Part shown: piece by piece, positions 30,954 to 40,441 of the stretch
Layout of the letters: every line of letters starts with the position of its first letter
Numbering within the stretch: position 1 is the first letter of the stretch
IMG/VR virus record: IMGVR_UViG_3300031857_015401
Span: 28,871-92,870 of that record
Length of the DNA: 64,000 bases
Strand: one strand, 5' to 3'
DNA from: a virus
The notes under the pieces: generated by a model
Told to the model about the DNA's origin: nothing
The model's database searches: none
The model's input: only the letters and a program-made list of their open reading frames with translations
Program-made: the position numbers and the translations under genes

Positions 30954-31779
30954 GTTGGTAAAAGTTGATAGCTATGGTAGTGGGTTTTTTGGTAATTTTT
31001 TTACCATTTTATCAAATATTATAGGTCACGAAAATAGTGGTTATTACCCGTATGTTAATATTAATAAATCCGTTTGGGCCAATGGGTATGACCCAAGATA
31101 CGATTTGTCACCACCAGAAAACGCAGATAACCCGTGGGATTGGTGGTTTGATCAACCAATTCCAAAAACCGATGATAATATACATTATTTACCATTTGTT
31201 GGAAACGCATATTTTCCAGCAAACACAAAAGTTTGGGGTAGAAATGATATACCATATGCTAAAAGTGTGTCAGATAAGTACATAAAAATTAAAGATCATA
31301 TATTAGAAAAAATTAATGATTTTTATGAAAAAAATTTAAAAAATGAAATAGTTTTAGGTATTATGGCAAGAGGTGCCGAAATGGGGATATGCCATCCAGA
31401 ATATGGGAATCAAGGAATAAATGATTGGATTAATGAAACAAAAAAAATTATAAGTTTACATCCAGAAATTACTAAAATTTTTTTAGTAACTGAAGAATCT
31501 TATTATGTTGAAGAATTTAAAAAAGAATTTGACAATTTAATTTATATGACTGATGTATATAGAAGGACCACAGAATCTTTAGAAGACATTGTAAATTTTT
31601 CATTATTATATTGTTTAGTGACACCAAGAGAAAACCATAAAAAACTTTTAGGTGAAGAATGTTTAATTCAGGCTAAATTATTAAGTAGGTCCGATTATCT
31701 TTTAGTTAAACAATGTGGTACATCTTCAGCGGCGATATTTTTTGCCGATAATAATTTAAAAAACGTATTTTATATATAA
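30943..31779 (+). CDS. NodZ/O-fucosyltransferase-like protein (GT23 clan)
   Basis: SGFFGNF, LGIMARG, IFLVTEE, AKLLSRSDYL. Confidence 0.62.
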   Translation: MDYRLVKVDSYGSGFFGNFFTILSNIIGHENSGYYPYVNINKSVWANGYDPRYDLSPPENADNPWDWWFDQPIPKTDDNIHYLPFVGNAYFPANTKVWGRNDIPYAKSVSDKYIKIKDHILEKINDFYEKNLKNEIVLGIMARGAEMGICHPEYGNQGINDWINETKKIISLHPEITKIFLVTEESYYVEEFKKEFDNLIYMTDVYRRTTESLEDIVNFSLLYCLVTPRENHKKLLGEECLIQAKLLSRSDYLLVKQCGTSSAAIFFADNNLKNVFYI

Positions 31780-31782
31780 AAA

Positions 31783-32433
31783 ATGAATAGAACAGAAATT
31801 ATAAATCATATAATATCAAAATATAATTTTGATACATATTTGGAAATCGGAGTAAGTGACGTTAATTTAAACTTTAACCACATAAAAATAAAAAATAAAA
31901 TTGGGGTTGACCCAAACCCTGATGTTTGGGGAATTGACTACAATATGACTTCTGACGATTTTTTTAAAATTAATAAACAAAAATTTGATATTATTTTCAT
32001 TGATGGTATGCATGAGTTTCATTTTGTTTATAGAGACATAATAAACTCATTAGATATACTAAACGAAAATGGGGTTATCGTTTTACACGATTGTAATCCC
32101 GAAAATGAAGTTATTCAAATGGTGCCGGAAACAAAAGATGGTATTTGGACCAATCAAGAGTGGGTTGATTTTGCAGAAAATTGGAGAAAATTATCTGTTG
32201 ATGGTAATTGGAGTGGTGATTGTTGGAAAGCCATTGTTAAATTTAGATCACTTCATAATAATTTTAAAACTTTTGTTATTGATACTGATTTTGGTGTGGG
32301 AATAATAACCAAATCTACTAAATCAGTAGAACCATTAATATTAAATGAAGAATTAACATATAAAAATTTAGAAAAAAATAGAAAAGAATGGTTAAATCTT
32401 TTTTCTATTGATGATTTCATAAATAATATATAA
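31783..32433 (+). CDS. Class I SAM methyltransferase (Methyltransf_24-like)
   Basis: YLEIGV, GVDP, FDIIFIDGMH, GVIVLHDCNP. Confidence 0.85.
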   Translation: MNRTEIINHIISKYNFDTYLEIGVSDVNLNFNHIKIKNKIGVDPNPDVWGIDYNMTSDDFFKINKQKFDIIFIDGMHEFHFVYRDIINSLDILNENGVIVLHDCNPENEVIQMVPETKDGIWTNQEWVDFAENWRKLSVDGNWSGDCWKAIVKFRSLHNNFKTFVIDTDFGVGIITKSTKSVEPLILNEELTYKNLEKNRKEWLNLFSIDDFINNI

Positions 32434-32441
32434 TTTTTATT

Positions 32442-33167
32442 ATGACAAAATATAAATACAATAGTTATGTATTAGGTAAAGTTCCTGAAAACTTACAAAG
32501 ACCGGACATTTATAAACTAAAAGAGTCTGGTTATGACTTTAATGATGCCAGAGAAATTATAGATATTTTTGAAGAAAAAATTGCAAAATTTGCTGGATGT
32601 AAATTTGCAGTTTTGACTGATTGTTGCTCACACGGACTATTTCTTTGTTTAAAATATATACAAAGAAAAAAAGAAATAGATGTTGATCAAAAAATTACTA
32701 TACCTAATAGGACGTATATATCTGCACCAATGCAAATTATACATTCAGGTTATAAAGTAAATTTTGAAGATATTGAATGGTCGGGGTTATATCAATTAAA
32801 ACCAACAAGAATTTATGATAGTGCAGTAAGATGGACAAAAAATATGTACGTCGGTAATAATGCGTTACAGGTTATTTCTTTTCAATTTAAAAAAAGAATC
32901 CCAATAGGAAAAGGAGGGGTTATATTAACCGATGATGAAGAAGCCGCCAAAATGTTAAAACTTATGAGTTACGATGGAAGGGATTTAACTGTACCATATG
33001 ATGATGAAAACCATATAAAAACAATGGGATATCATATGTATATGACACCCGAAGATGCAGCTAGAGGAATACTTTTAATGGATCAAACACCTGAAATAAA
33101 TGAAGACGCTTGTAATCATACAAATTATATGGATGTTGAACAAATGTTAAAAAATATATCTTTATGA
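32442..33167 (+). CDS. Second short DegT/DnrJ-family PLP-dependent enzyme (241 aa)
   Basis: FEEKIAKFAG, YDSA, SFQFKKRIPIGKGGVILTDD; clear paralog of 28222-28887. Confidence 0.8.
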   Translation: MTKYKYNSYVLGKVPENLQRPDIYKLKESGYDFNDAREIIDIFEEKIAKFAGCKFAVLTDCCSHGLFLCLKYIQRKKEIDVDQKITIPNRTYISAPMQIIHSGYKVNFEDIEWSGLYQLKPTRIYDSAVRWTKNMYVGNNALQVISFQFKKRIPIGKGGVILTDDEEAAKMLKLMSYDGRDLTVPYDDENHIKTMGYHMYMTPEDAARGILLMDQTPEINEDACNHTNYMDVEQMLKNISL

Positions 33168-34117
33168 AGACAAAAATATTATTATTAGGTGGATATGGTT
33201 TTTTAGGTTCAAATATACACAACGAATTTATTAATGACCAAAATTATGAAATTTTTTGTGAAAGTAGAAGAACAGATTGTGATATGTTAAATTATGAAAA
33301 ATTATATCAAAAAATAAAAACAATTATGCCAAATATAATAATTTATTGTTCGGCTAATGTTGGTTCTGTTAACTATGTTACAAATTATGCCGCGGATGTT
33401 ATAGATAATAATTTAAATATGTGTTTAAATTTATACAAATCGGTTAAAAATATTAATAAAGATATTTTAATTATTAATCCATTGGCTAATTGTTCATATC
33501 CTGGTAATATAGATATACAACACGAATCTATGTGGTGGGATGGAAAAATACACGAGTCAGTTGAGTCATTTGGTATGTTTAAAAAAACGTCATTTATTAT
33601 TTCAGAATGTTACAAAAAACAGTATGGGATAAAAACTATTAATATTATGTTAGGTGGTGGATATGGTGAAGGTGATCATACCGACGAAGAAAAGACGCAC
33701 GCAATGAATGGAATAATTCTAAGAATGATAAAATCCAAAAAAAACAATGAAAATAAGTTTGTTGTTTGGGGTACAGGATCACCAATTAGGGAATGGGTTT
33801 ATATGTCAGACGTTGCTAAAATAATAAAAGAAGTTATTGACAAAAATATGTATAACATTCCTAATCCTTTAAACATTGGTCAAAATAATGGAATTTCTAT
33901 TTTGGATATAGTTAATATAGTTAAAGAAGAATTAAATTATAATGGAAAAATTATTTTTGATACCACTAAGCAGGATGGTGCACCAAAAAAAGTTTTGGGG
34001 TCCACATTGTTTGATCAGTTTTTCCCAAACTTTAAATTTACAAACCATAATGATGGTATAAAAAAAACAATTAAATATTATTTAGAAAAATATGAAAGTA
34101 ATAGTATCGACTTGTGA
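33164..34117 (+). CDS. GDP-L-fucose synthase (Fcl/WcaG)-like SDR with an altered catalytic triad
   Basis: GGYGFLG, AxVG, NCSYP, VVWGTGSPIREW, DGAPKK; YxxxK is replaced by FGMFK. Confidence 0.8.
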   Translation: MKTKILLLGGYGFLGSNIHNEFINDQNYEIFCESRRTDCDMLNYEKLYQKIKTIMPNIIIYCSANVGSVNYVTNYAADVIDNNLNMCLNLYKSVKNINKDILIINPLANCSYPGNIDIQHESMWWDGKIHESVESFGMFKKTSFIISECYKKQYGIKTINIMLGGGYGEGDHTDEEKTHAMNGIILRMIKSKKNNENKFVVWGTGSPIREWVYMSDVAKIIKEVIDKNMYNIPNPLNIGQNNGISILDIVNIVKEELNYNGKIIFDTTKQDGAPKKVLGSTLFDQFFPNFKFTNHNDGIKKTIKYYLEKYESNSIDL

Positions 34118-34817
34118 TAAATACATAAATTGTGTTGAAGCGTTAAAATATACATTTGATAAAAATGGGGGGTCTGATTTTGATGTTACAATACTAGGGT
34201 TTAAAGAACCAAATTTTGATTATGGAAATTGGAAATTTTTTTCTATGGGTACTGATGTTGGTCCACAAAATTTGAGTAACGATTTATGGACTTTTTTTAA
34301 AGATTTTGATGATGAAATTTTTCTTTGGTTAAATGATGACATAGTTTTAGTTGATGGTATAGATATTGAATTGTTAAATGAAATGAAAGATATGATACTA
34401 AATAACAAATCAATTGGAAGGATAACTGCAACATCGGCAACTAAAAATCATTATGGAAATTATCCTGTCTATGAAGTTAAAGATGGTTATGAGTACCGTG
34501 AAGTACCACAAAACGCAGAATATAGACTATCTTTAAATTCAAGTATATGGAGAACATCTTATTTTAAAAAATATTGTCAGCAAGGTGCTGGTAATTGGGT
34601 ATGGGAAACAAGAAGCGATGCTTTAAATGATGGATATACAATTTTAGGGACTATTGGTAGATACGCAATTGATTTTGGTCATCTATTTAGATTTGGTAAT
34701 TTACATCTTTCACATAATTGGTATATGTCCGAATACACAAATAAAACTTTATCTGTAGAAGATAAAAATAAAGTTGAAAATATAATAAACAATAATTATA
34801 ATTTATTAAAAAAATGA
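34092..34817 (+). CDS. Putative GT-A fold glycosyltransferase
   Basis: VIVSTCDKY, LWLNDD, YRLSLNSSIW, WVWE; glycan-locus context. Confidence 0.55.
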   Translation: MKVIVSTCDKYINCVEALKYTFDKNGGSDFDVTILGFKEPNFDYGNWKFFSMGTDVGPQNLSNDLWTFFKDFDDEIFLWLNDDIVLVDGIDIELLNEMKDMILNNKSIGRITATSATKNHYGNYPVYEVKDGYEYREVPQNAEYRLSLNSSIWRTSYFKKYCQQGAGNWVWETRSDALNDGYTILGTIGRYAIDFGHLFRFGNLHLSHNWYMSEYTNKTLSVEDKNKVENIINNNYNLLKK

Positions 34818-35749
34818 AAGTATTAATAACAGGAGGAGCCGGTTATTTAGGATCAACTTTATCTGAGTTGTTATTAGATAATGGGTATGAAGTAACAGTT
34901 TTGGATAATTTAATGTACAATCAGTTATCCATTTTACATTTATTTAAAAAAGAAAATTTTAAATTTATAAATGGGGATGTTAGAGATAAAAGTCTATTAA
35001 AGTCACTTGTTAATTTAAACGATGTTTTAATACCTTTAGCCGCTATTGTAGGTATGCCAGCTTGTAAATCAAACGAGCAATTAGCAATAGATGTTAATTT
35101 TGAACAAATTAAAACAATTGTTGAGTTTATGGGGGAAAGCCAAAAAATTATACTCCCAAACACCAACTCACAATACGGGTCGTCTGATAAAATTATTACC
35201 GAAGAGTCACCATTTAATCCATTATCATTATATGCCAAAACTAAATGTGATGCAGAAGATATGATGTTAACAAAAGGTAATGGTATTTCTTTAAGATTAG
35301 CAACTGTTTTTGGCGTTTCACCAAGAATGAGAACCGATCTTTTGGTTAATGATTTTGTTTATAAAAGTTTGGTGGATGGTTATTTAGTTTTATTTGAATC
35401 TCATTTTAAAAGAAATTATATACACGTACAGGATATTGCTAGGACTTTTCTTTTTATGATTAAAAACTACGATGATTGTAAGGGACAAGCATTTAATGTT
35501 GGTTTATCTACAGCAAATTTAAGTAAATTAGAATTAGCAAATAAAATTAAAGAATATTTACCTTCTTTAGTAATTAAAGAAGATAATTTTAAAGAAGATT
35601 TTGATAAAAGAAATTATATAGTTTCTAATCAAAAATTAGAATCTAAAGGATGGAAACCACTGTATGATTTGGATTACGGTATAAATCAACTAATCCAAGC
35701 ATATTCAGTAGTAATAAATAAAAATAACTCAAATTTTACAAATTTATGA
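34814..35749 (+). CDS. NAD-dependent NDP-sugar epimerase/dehydratase (extended SDR)
   Basis: ITGGAGYLG, GDVRD, LAAIVG, YAKTK, LRLATVFG, RNYIHVQD. Confidence 0.9.
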   Translation: MKVLITGGAGYLGSTLSELLLDNGYEVTVLDNLMYNQLSILHLFKKENFKFINGDVRDKSLLKSLVNLNDVLIPLAAIVGMPACKSNEQLAIDVNFEQIKTIVEFMGESQKIILPNTNSQYGSSDKIITEESPFNPLSLYAKTKCDAEDMMLTKGNGISLRLATVFGVSPRMRTDLLVNDFVYKSLVDGYLVLFESHFKRNYIHVQDIARTFLFMIKNYDDCKGQAFNVGLSTANLSKLELANKIKEYLPSLVIKEDNFKEDFDKRNYIVSNQKLESKGWKPLYDLDYGINQLIQAYSVVINKNNSNFTNL

Positions 35750-36147
35750 CAAGAAAATATTTACCAACATTAAGCGAATTAATTGATAGACTTTCAATTG
35801 TACAATTAAAGGAAGTCTTTATTTCCGAACATAAATCTGAGTATGCACAAGAAATAAAAGATATTGTTCATGACATTCAACAACACATTAATGAAAATAA
35901 ATCTGAAATCACCGCAGAAACAATTAGAGCTATCGTTGTTTTAAGTCAAATGAATCTACATATTTGGCATAACGAATCCAATTACCGCAAAGGAATTAAA
36001 GACGGGAATAATTTAGAATTGACACACGGTATAAATGGAATTCGTAACACGGCAAAAAATAAAATCCAAGAGGTTGTTGGTGGTCGTAAAGATTATAAAA
36101 TTGATTGTTTAGCCGCTGAATTTAAAGATTGGGAAATTAGTTGGTAA
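35746..36147 (+). CDS. Hypothetical helical protein (DUF6165-like) of glycan loci
   Basis: SELIDRLSIVQLK...N..IW..E...R...N..R...KN.I pattern. Confidence 0.55.
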   Translation: MTRKYLPTLSELIDRLSIVQLKEVFISEHKSEYAQEIKDIVHDIQQHINENKSEITAETIRAIVVLSQMNLHIWHNESNYRKGIKDGNNLELTHGINGIRNTAKNKIQEVVGGRKDYKIDCLAAEFKDWEISW

Positions 36148-36148
36148 T

Positions 36149-36907
36149 ATGAAAATACTTGTAATTGGGGATTCCTGTCAAGACGTTTTTATATATGGTA
36201 AATGTGAAAGGTTATGTCCTGACGCACCTGTACCCGTTTTAATACCATATAAAACTAAAACAATGGGTGGTATGGCATTAAATGTTTATGAAAATCTAAA
36301 ATCTTTAGGTGTTAACGTTGATATTGTCACTAACAAAAAAAAGATATTAAAAACAAGATATATAGATGAAGTTTCTAATCAGTTAATTTTAAGGGTAGAC
36401 TCTGAAAAAAATGGATATGATCGGATACAAAATATTGAATTAATAAATTTTAATCTGTATGACGCGGTCATAATATCTGACTACGATAAAGGATTTTTAT
36501 CTTATGATGATATTAAGTACATATGTAATAATCATAGCTATGTTTTTATAGACACTAAAAAAATAATTGATTCTAATTTTATTAATTGTAAATTTATTAA
36601 AATAAACGAACACGAATATAAAAATAATTTAAATCAAAGTAATTTTTTAAATAAAATTGAAAATAAATTAATTATTACTTTAGGTAGTAAGGGATCAATG
36701 CATAATAAAAAAATATATCCAGTAGAAAAAGTTGAAATTAAAGATATGGTGGGTGCCGGAGATACTTTTATTTCAGTATTTACATATAAGTTTATTTTAA
36801 CTAATAATATAGTAGAGTCAATTAGATTTGCTAATGAGTGTGCAACAATTATAGTACAACACAAAGGAGTAAATAAAATTGGTGATTTTATAAAAATAAG
36901 TAAATGA
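36149..36907 (+). CDS. PfkB-family heptose-7-phosphate kinase (RfaE domain I / HldA-like)
   Basis: LVIGD...D...G..ERLCPDAPVPV, ISDYDKG, ITLGSKG, DMVGAGDTF. Confidence 0.85.
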   Translation: MKILVIGDSCQDVFIYGKCERLCPDAPVPVLIPYKTKTMGGMALNVYENLKSLGVNVDIVTNKKKILKTRYIDEVSNQLILRVDSEKNGYDRIQNIELINFNLYDAVIISDYDKGFLSYDDIKYICNNHSYVFIDTKKIIDSNFINCKFIKINEHEYKNNLNQSNFLNKIENKLIITLGSKGSMHNKKIYPVEKVEIKDMVGAGDTFISVFTYKFILTNNIVESIRFANECATIIVQHKGVNKIGDFIKISK

Positions 36908-37638
36908 CAAGAAAAAAACAACCAAACCAAAACGAAGAGTCAGAATTAAAACCATTTTCAAGAAAAGATTTTATTAATTCAGTAATTAAAAAAAAAGTTA
37001 AAAACAAATTTTTAACACAAAGTCAAGAAGAATACTACAATCTTTTAAAAAACAATCAAATAACTATTTGTTCAGGACCGGCAGGGGTTGGTAAATCGTA
37101 TATAGCAATGAAGGCGGCTGTCGATTTATTAATGGACCCAAATAACTCATATGAAAAACTTGTTATTGTTAGACCAGCAGTTGAGGCCGAAGAAAAACTT
37201 GGTTCACTACCAGGAAATTTAGAAGAAAAATTAGACCCTTATATTTTCCCATCATACTATCTATTAAATAAAATTATAGGTAAAGAGGCTCGTGAAAAAT
37301 TAAAAGATGCCGAAATTATTGAAGTATTTGCTTTAGCATACATGAGAGGAATGAATATAGATAATACAATTTTAATATTTGAAGAGTCACAAAACTCAAG
37401 CCCTAATCAAATGAAATTACTATTGACAAGGATAGGTTTCAATAGTAAATTTTTCATATCGGGAGATATTGAACAAACTGATCGATATAAAGATAAAAAA
37501 CATTCAGGACTTTATGATGCAATTCATAAATTTAAAAATGTTTCCGACATTGGTGTTTTTGAATTTAGTGATGAAGACGTTGTTAGAAACCCGCTAATAA
37601 GTAAGATATTAAAAAAGTATGAAGAGAATAGGGATTGA
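36904..37638 (+). CDS. phoH: PhoH-family ATPase
   Basis: GPAGVGKS, RPAVEAEEKLGSLPG, YMRG, LLTRIG, GDIEQTD, DVVRNPL. Confidence 0.93.
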   Translation: MTRKKQPNQNEESELKPFSRKDFINSVIKKKVKNKFLTQSQEEYYNLLKNNQITICSGPAGVGKSYIAMKAAVDLLMDPNNSYEKLVIVRPAVEAEEKLGSLPGNLEEKLDPYIFPSYYLLNKIIGKEAREKLKDAEIIEVFALAYMRGMNIDNTILIFEESQNSSPNQMKLLLTRIGFNSKFFISGDIEQTDRYKDKKHSGLYDAIHKFKNVSDIGVFEFSDEDVVRNPLISKILKKYEENRD

Positions 37639-38269
37639 AATTAACGGAGTTCTTAGAGATACTATTGGTAAATTTACGCAATTATATGAAAAACATATGA
37701 TTGATGAAGATGAACACGATGGTAAAACTTTTGAATTAGATATTTCTGGTAATACGGAAGAGTTAGTATCTAAGGAAGAATTTGAATATAAAATTTTAAG
37801 TGATGTCACTTCATTAAATTTGATGAATCATTTTAGATTTAATGGTGAAGAAGAATTATACTCATTTATGTATGAAGATTTTGCTATGCAAATTTTTGGT
37901 CATGCGGGATCAACAGAAACTTTTACTTTTAACGATTTAAATGATTTATATATAAAATATAGAGACAAAAACGAATTACTAATAGTTTCAGACGAAATGG
38001 GTAAATCTAAACCAGCATCATTATTTTTCCTTTCTAAGTTTGGTTGCCAATTAGAGAAAGTAAAATTTTATTCAAATTCAACAAAAAAATCAATGTGGGA
38101 TGAAATTGATGTTTTACTTACTGCGAATCCTGACTTAATATTAGAAAAACCAAAAGATAAAATTGTCGTTAAATATAACACAATTTATAATAAAAATATC
38201 GACTGTGAATATGAAATAACTACATTGAAGGAGTTCGACGAAATTTTACAAAAATTTAACATATGCTGA
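37619..38269 (+). CDS. HAD/5'-nucleotidase-like protein with a degenerate catalytic motif
   Basis: RIGIEINGVLRD aligns with the IGIDIDGVL motif of 5'(3')-nucleotidases but lacks both Asp residues. Confidence 0.55.
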   Translation: MKRIGIEINGVLRDTIGKFTQLYEKHMIDEDEHDGKTFELDISGNTEELVSKEEFEYKILSDVTSLNLMNHFRFNGEEELYSFMYEDFAMQIFGHAGSTETFTFNDLNDLYIKYRDKNELLIVSDEMGKSKPASLFFLSKFGCQLEKVKFYSNSTKKSMWDEIDVLLTANPDLILEKPKDKIVVKYNTIYNKNIDCEYEITTLKEFDEILQKFNIC

Positions 38270-38553
38270 CATTTTTAGGTGAAAATTACTACTTAGATAT
38301 TGACGAGTTAGAAAAACAAGTTAGTTATGAAAAATCAGTTTTACCTGTAACATATAGTGGTGAAACTGAAATGCCTGAACAACAAATTAGTGTTACTAGA
38401 TTTGAAACTTTTAAAGGATTGATTGATGTGATACTAACAGAAAGAGAAGATTTAGATGAAGGTTTAGGTGCTCACGCAGGTAAAGACCTATCAATACCAT
38501 TTAAAATTGCATTTAATACGCTTTTAATAAACAATATACTTAAAACACTCTAA
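38263..38553 (+). CDS. Hypothetical phage protein
   Basis: 96 aa ORF coupled to neighbours; C-terminal FKIAFNTLL. Confidence 0.6.
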   Translation: MLTFLGENYYLDIDELEKQVSYEKSVLPVTYSGETEMPEQQISVTRFETFKGLIDVILTEREDLDEGLGAHAGKDLSIPFKIAFNTLLINNILKTL

Positions 38554-38558
38554 TAAAA

Positions 38559-39623
38559 ATGGATTTAGAAAAAATTGAAAAACTAGAACAGTCTATTAGA
38601 AACTTAGAAAATAAATCTGTTAGAATTTATTTTTTAGTTCAAGACACAAAAGGAAACCCAAAGGCATCTATAAAATATATTTATGATGTTGCATTAACCT
38701 TAAAAAACAATGGGTTTAATCCTATTATCATACATGAAACAAAAGAATATACTGGAGTTTCTGAGTGGATAGATGATAGGTATAATGAATTACCTCATCA
38801 AACAATTGACGGTCAAAATTTGGCAATTTCACCTGAAGATTTTATTGTCATTCCTGAAATTTATGGTCATGTCATGGATCAATTAAAAAATTTCCCTTGT
38901 GGTAAAATTGTTTTATGTCAGGCATATGACCACATGTTAGAAACATTACCACCTGGAGTATCTTGGTCACAATATGGGTTTTTAAAGGTTATTACAACTA
39001 ATGAAAATCAAAAGAAGTATGTTTCAGATATTATGAGAGGAGTTACTTTTGATGTAATTGAACCAAAATTAGATGATGTTTTTTCTAAAAAAGAAAAACC
39101 GTCTAAACCTATTATCGCAATTCATACTCGTGAGCAAAGAGACACTGCAAAAATTATCAAAAGTTTTTATTTAAAATACCCTCAATATAGATGGATCACA
39201 TTTAGAGATATGAGAGGAATTAAACAAGATGACTTTGCTAAATTTTTAAAAGAATCTTATGTATCAATATGGGTTGATTTAGAATCTGGTTTTGGTACAT
39301 ACCCTTTAGAGTCGATGTCTTGTGGAACTCCGGTTATTGGTAAAGTACCATCACTAAAACCAGGATGGATGAATGACTCTAATGGTATTTGGACTTACGA
39401 ATTTAATGATATAATTGACATCATTGCTAATTTTACTCAAAATTGGTTAGAAGATAATATTTCAGAATCTCTTTATGAAAACATGAAATTAACTTCAAAT
39501 AGATACTCAACTGATAGTCAATTCACGTCATCGGTTATTGAAACATTTGAAGATTATATTGAAACAAGAAAAACATCATTTAACGAACAGTTAGAAAAAA
39601 TAAAAGAAACAACAGAAAATTAA
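38559..39623 (+). CDS. GT-B fold glycosyltransferase
   Basis: DFIVIPE, SGFGTYPLESMSCGTPVIG (GT4-like C-terminal motif). Confidence 0.75.
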   Translation: MDLEKIEKLEQSIRNLENKSVRIYFLVQDTKGNPKASIKYIYDVALTLKNNGFNPIIIHETKEYTGVSEWIDDRYNELPHQTIDGQNLAISPEDFIVIPEIYGHVMDQLKNFPCGKIVLCQAYDHMLETLPPGVSWSQYGFLKVITTNENQKKYVSDIMRGVTFDVIEPKLDDVFSKKEKPSKPIIAIHTREQRDTAKIIKSFYLKYPQYRWITFRDMRGIKQDDFAKFLKESYVSIWVDLESGFGTYPLESMSCGTPVIGKVPSLKPGWMNDSNGIWTYEFNDIIDIIANFTQNWLEDNISESLYENMKLTSNRYSTDSQFTSSVIETFEDYIETRKTSFNEQLEKIKETTEN

Positions 39624-39628
39624 TAATT

Positions 39629-40441
39629 ATGGAAGAAAAAAATATATTCGATGTATCGGTTATTTTACCAATTGATTCATCAAAACATTTAGACTTTAGT
39701 GAACTTTTAGAAAGATCTATTAAATCTTTAAAAAACCAAACAGTTGGTATTAATGAGTTAGTAATTGTTCATACAAGTGAAGAAACTTTAAAATTGGCTT
39801 TAAGTAGTTTTGATTTTAGTGGTTTAACGGTTAATTTAGTTGAAAACACAGGTTCTAAAGATTTTGCAACTCAAGTTAGTTTAGGTGTAAAAAACGCAAA
39901 AAGTAAATGGATATCAATTTTAGAGTTTGACGATGAGTATTCATCTATTTGGTTTAAAAATGTTAAAAGATTTGCAGAAGCATATTCAGATGTTGAGGCA
40001 TTTTTACCTTTAGTTGTTGATACTGATGAAAAAGGAGTATTTGCTGGATTTACAAATGAAGCAAGTTTTGCGGTTAGTTTAAATAGTGAGATAGGGGTAT
40101 TAACTAATGATGTTCTATTAAATTACCAAAATTTTCAATCTAGTGGAATGGTAATTAAAAAATCAACATTTGAAAGTAATGGTGGTTTAAAACCATCAAT
40201 AAAATTAACATTTGTGTATGAATACCTTTTAAGATTAACGTATAACTCAGTTAAAATTATGACAATCCCAAGAATTGGTTATAAACACACAAATATGAGA
40301 GAAGGGTCTATATTTTGGAATTATAAATATGGAGATCAAAGAATGACTGATAATGAAGTTTCTTTCTGGTTGGAAACTGCGAAAAAAGAACACTTTTTCA
40401 CAGCTGATAGGGACATAAAATATGAGCCCCAAACTGTTTAA
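39629..40441 (+). CDS. GT2-family glycosyltransferase
   Basis: VSVILP, SIKSLKNQT, GVKNAKSKWISILEFDD. Confidence 0.8.
   Translation: MEEKNIFDVSVILPIDSSKHLDFSELLERSIKSLKNQTVGINELVIVHTSEETLKLALSSFDFSGLTVNLVENTGSKDFATQVSLGVKNAKSKWISILEFDDEYSSIWFKNVKRFAEAYSDVEAFLPLVVDTDEKGVFAGFTNEASFAVSLNSEIGVLTNDVLLNYQNFQSSGMVIKKSTFESNGGLKPSIKLTFVYEYLLRLTYNSVKIMTIPRIGYKHTNMREGSIFWNYKYGDQRMTDNEVSFWLETAKKEHFFTADRDIKYEPQTV

Noticed and set aside
25336-36907. Bacterial chromosomal O-antigen locus (prophage boundary or chimera)
   Set aside because: It is coupled without gaps to phage-type genes on both sides and lacks wzx/wzy/wzz and initiating transferase genes; read mapping would still be needed to exclude a chimera fully
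5531-40441. Giant eukaryotic virus (NCLDV) origin suggested by PolB, SNF2, SOD and glycan genes
   Set aside because: T4-type capsid, portal, terminase and sheath plus bacterial bS21 and a sigma factor identify a bacteriophage
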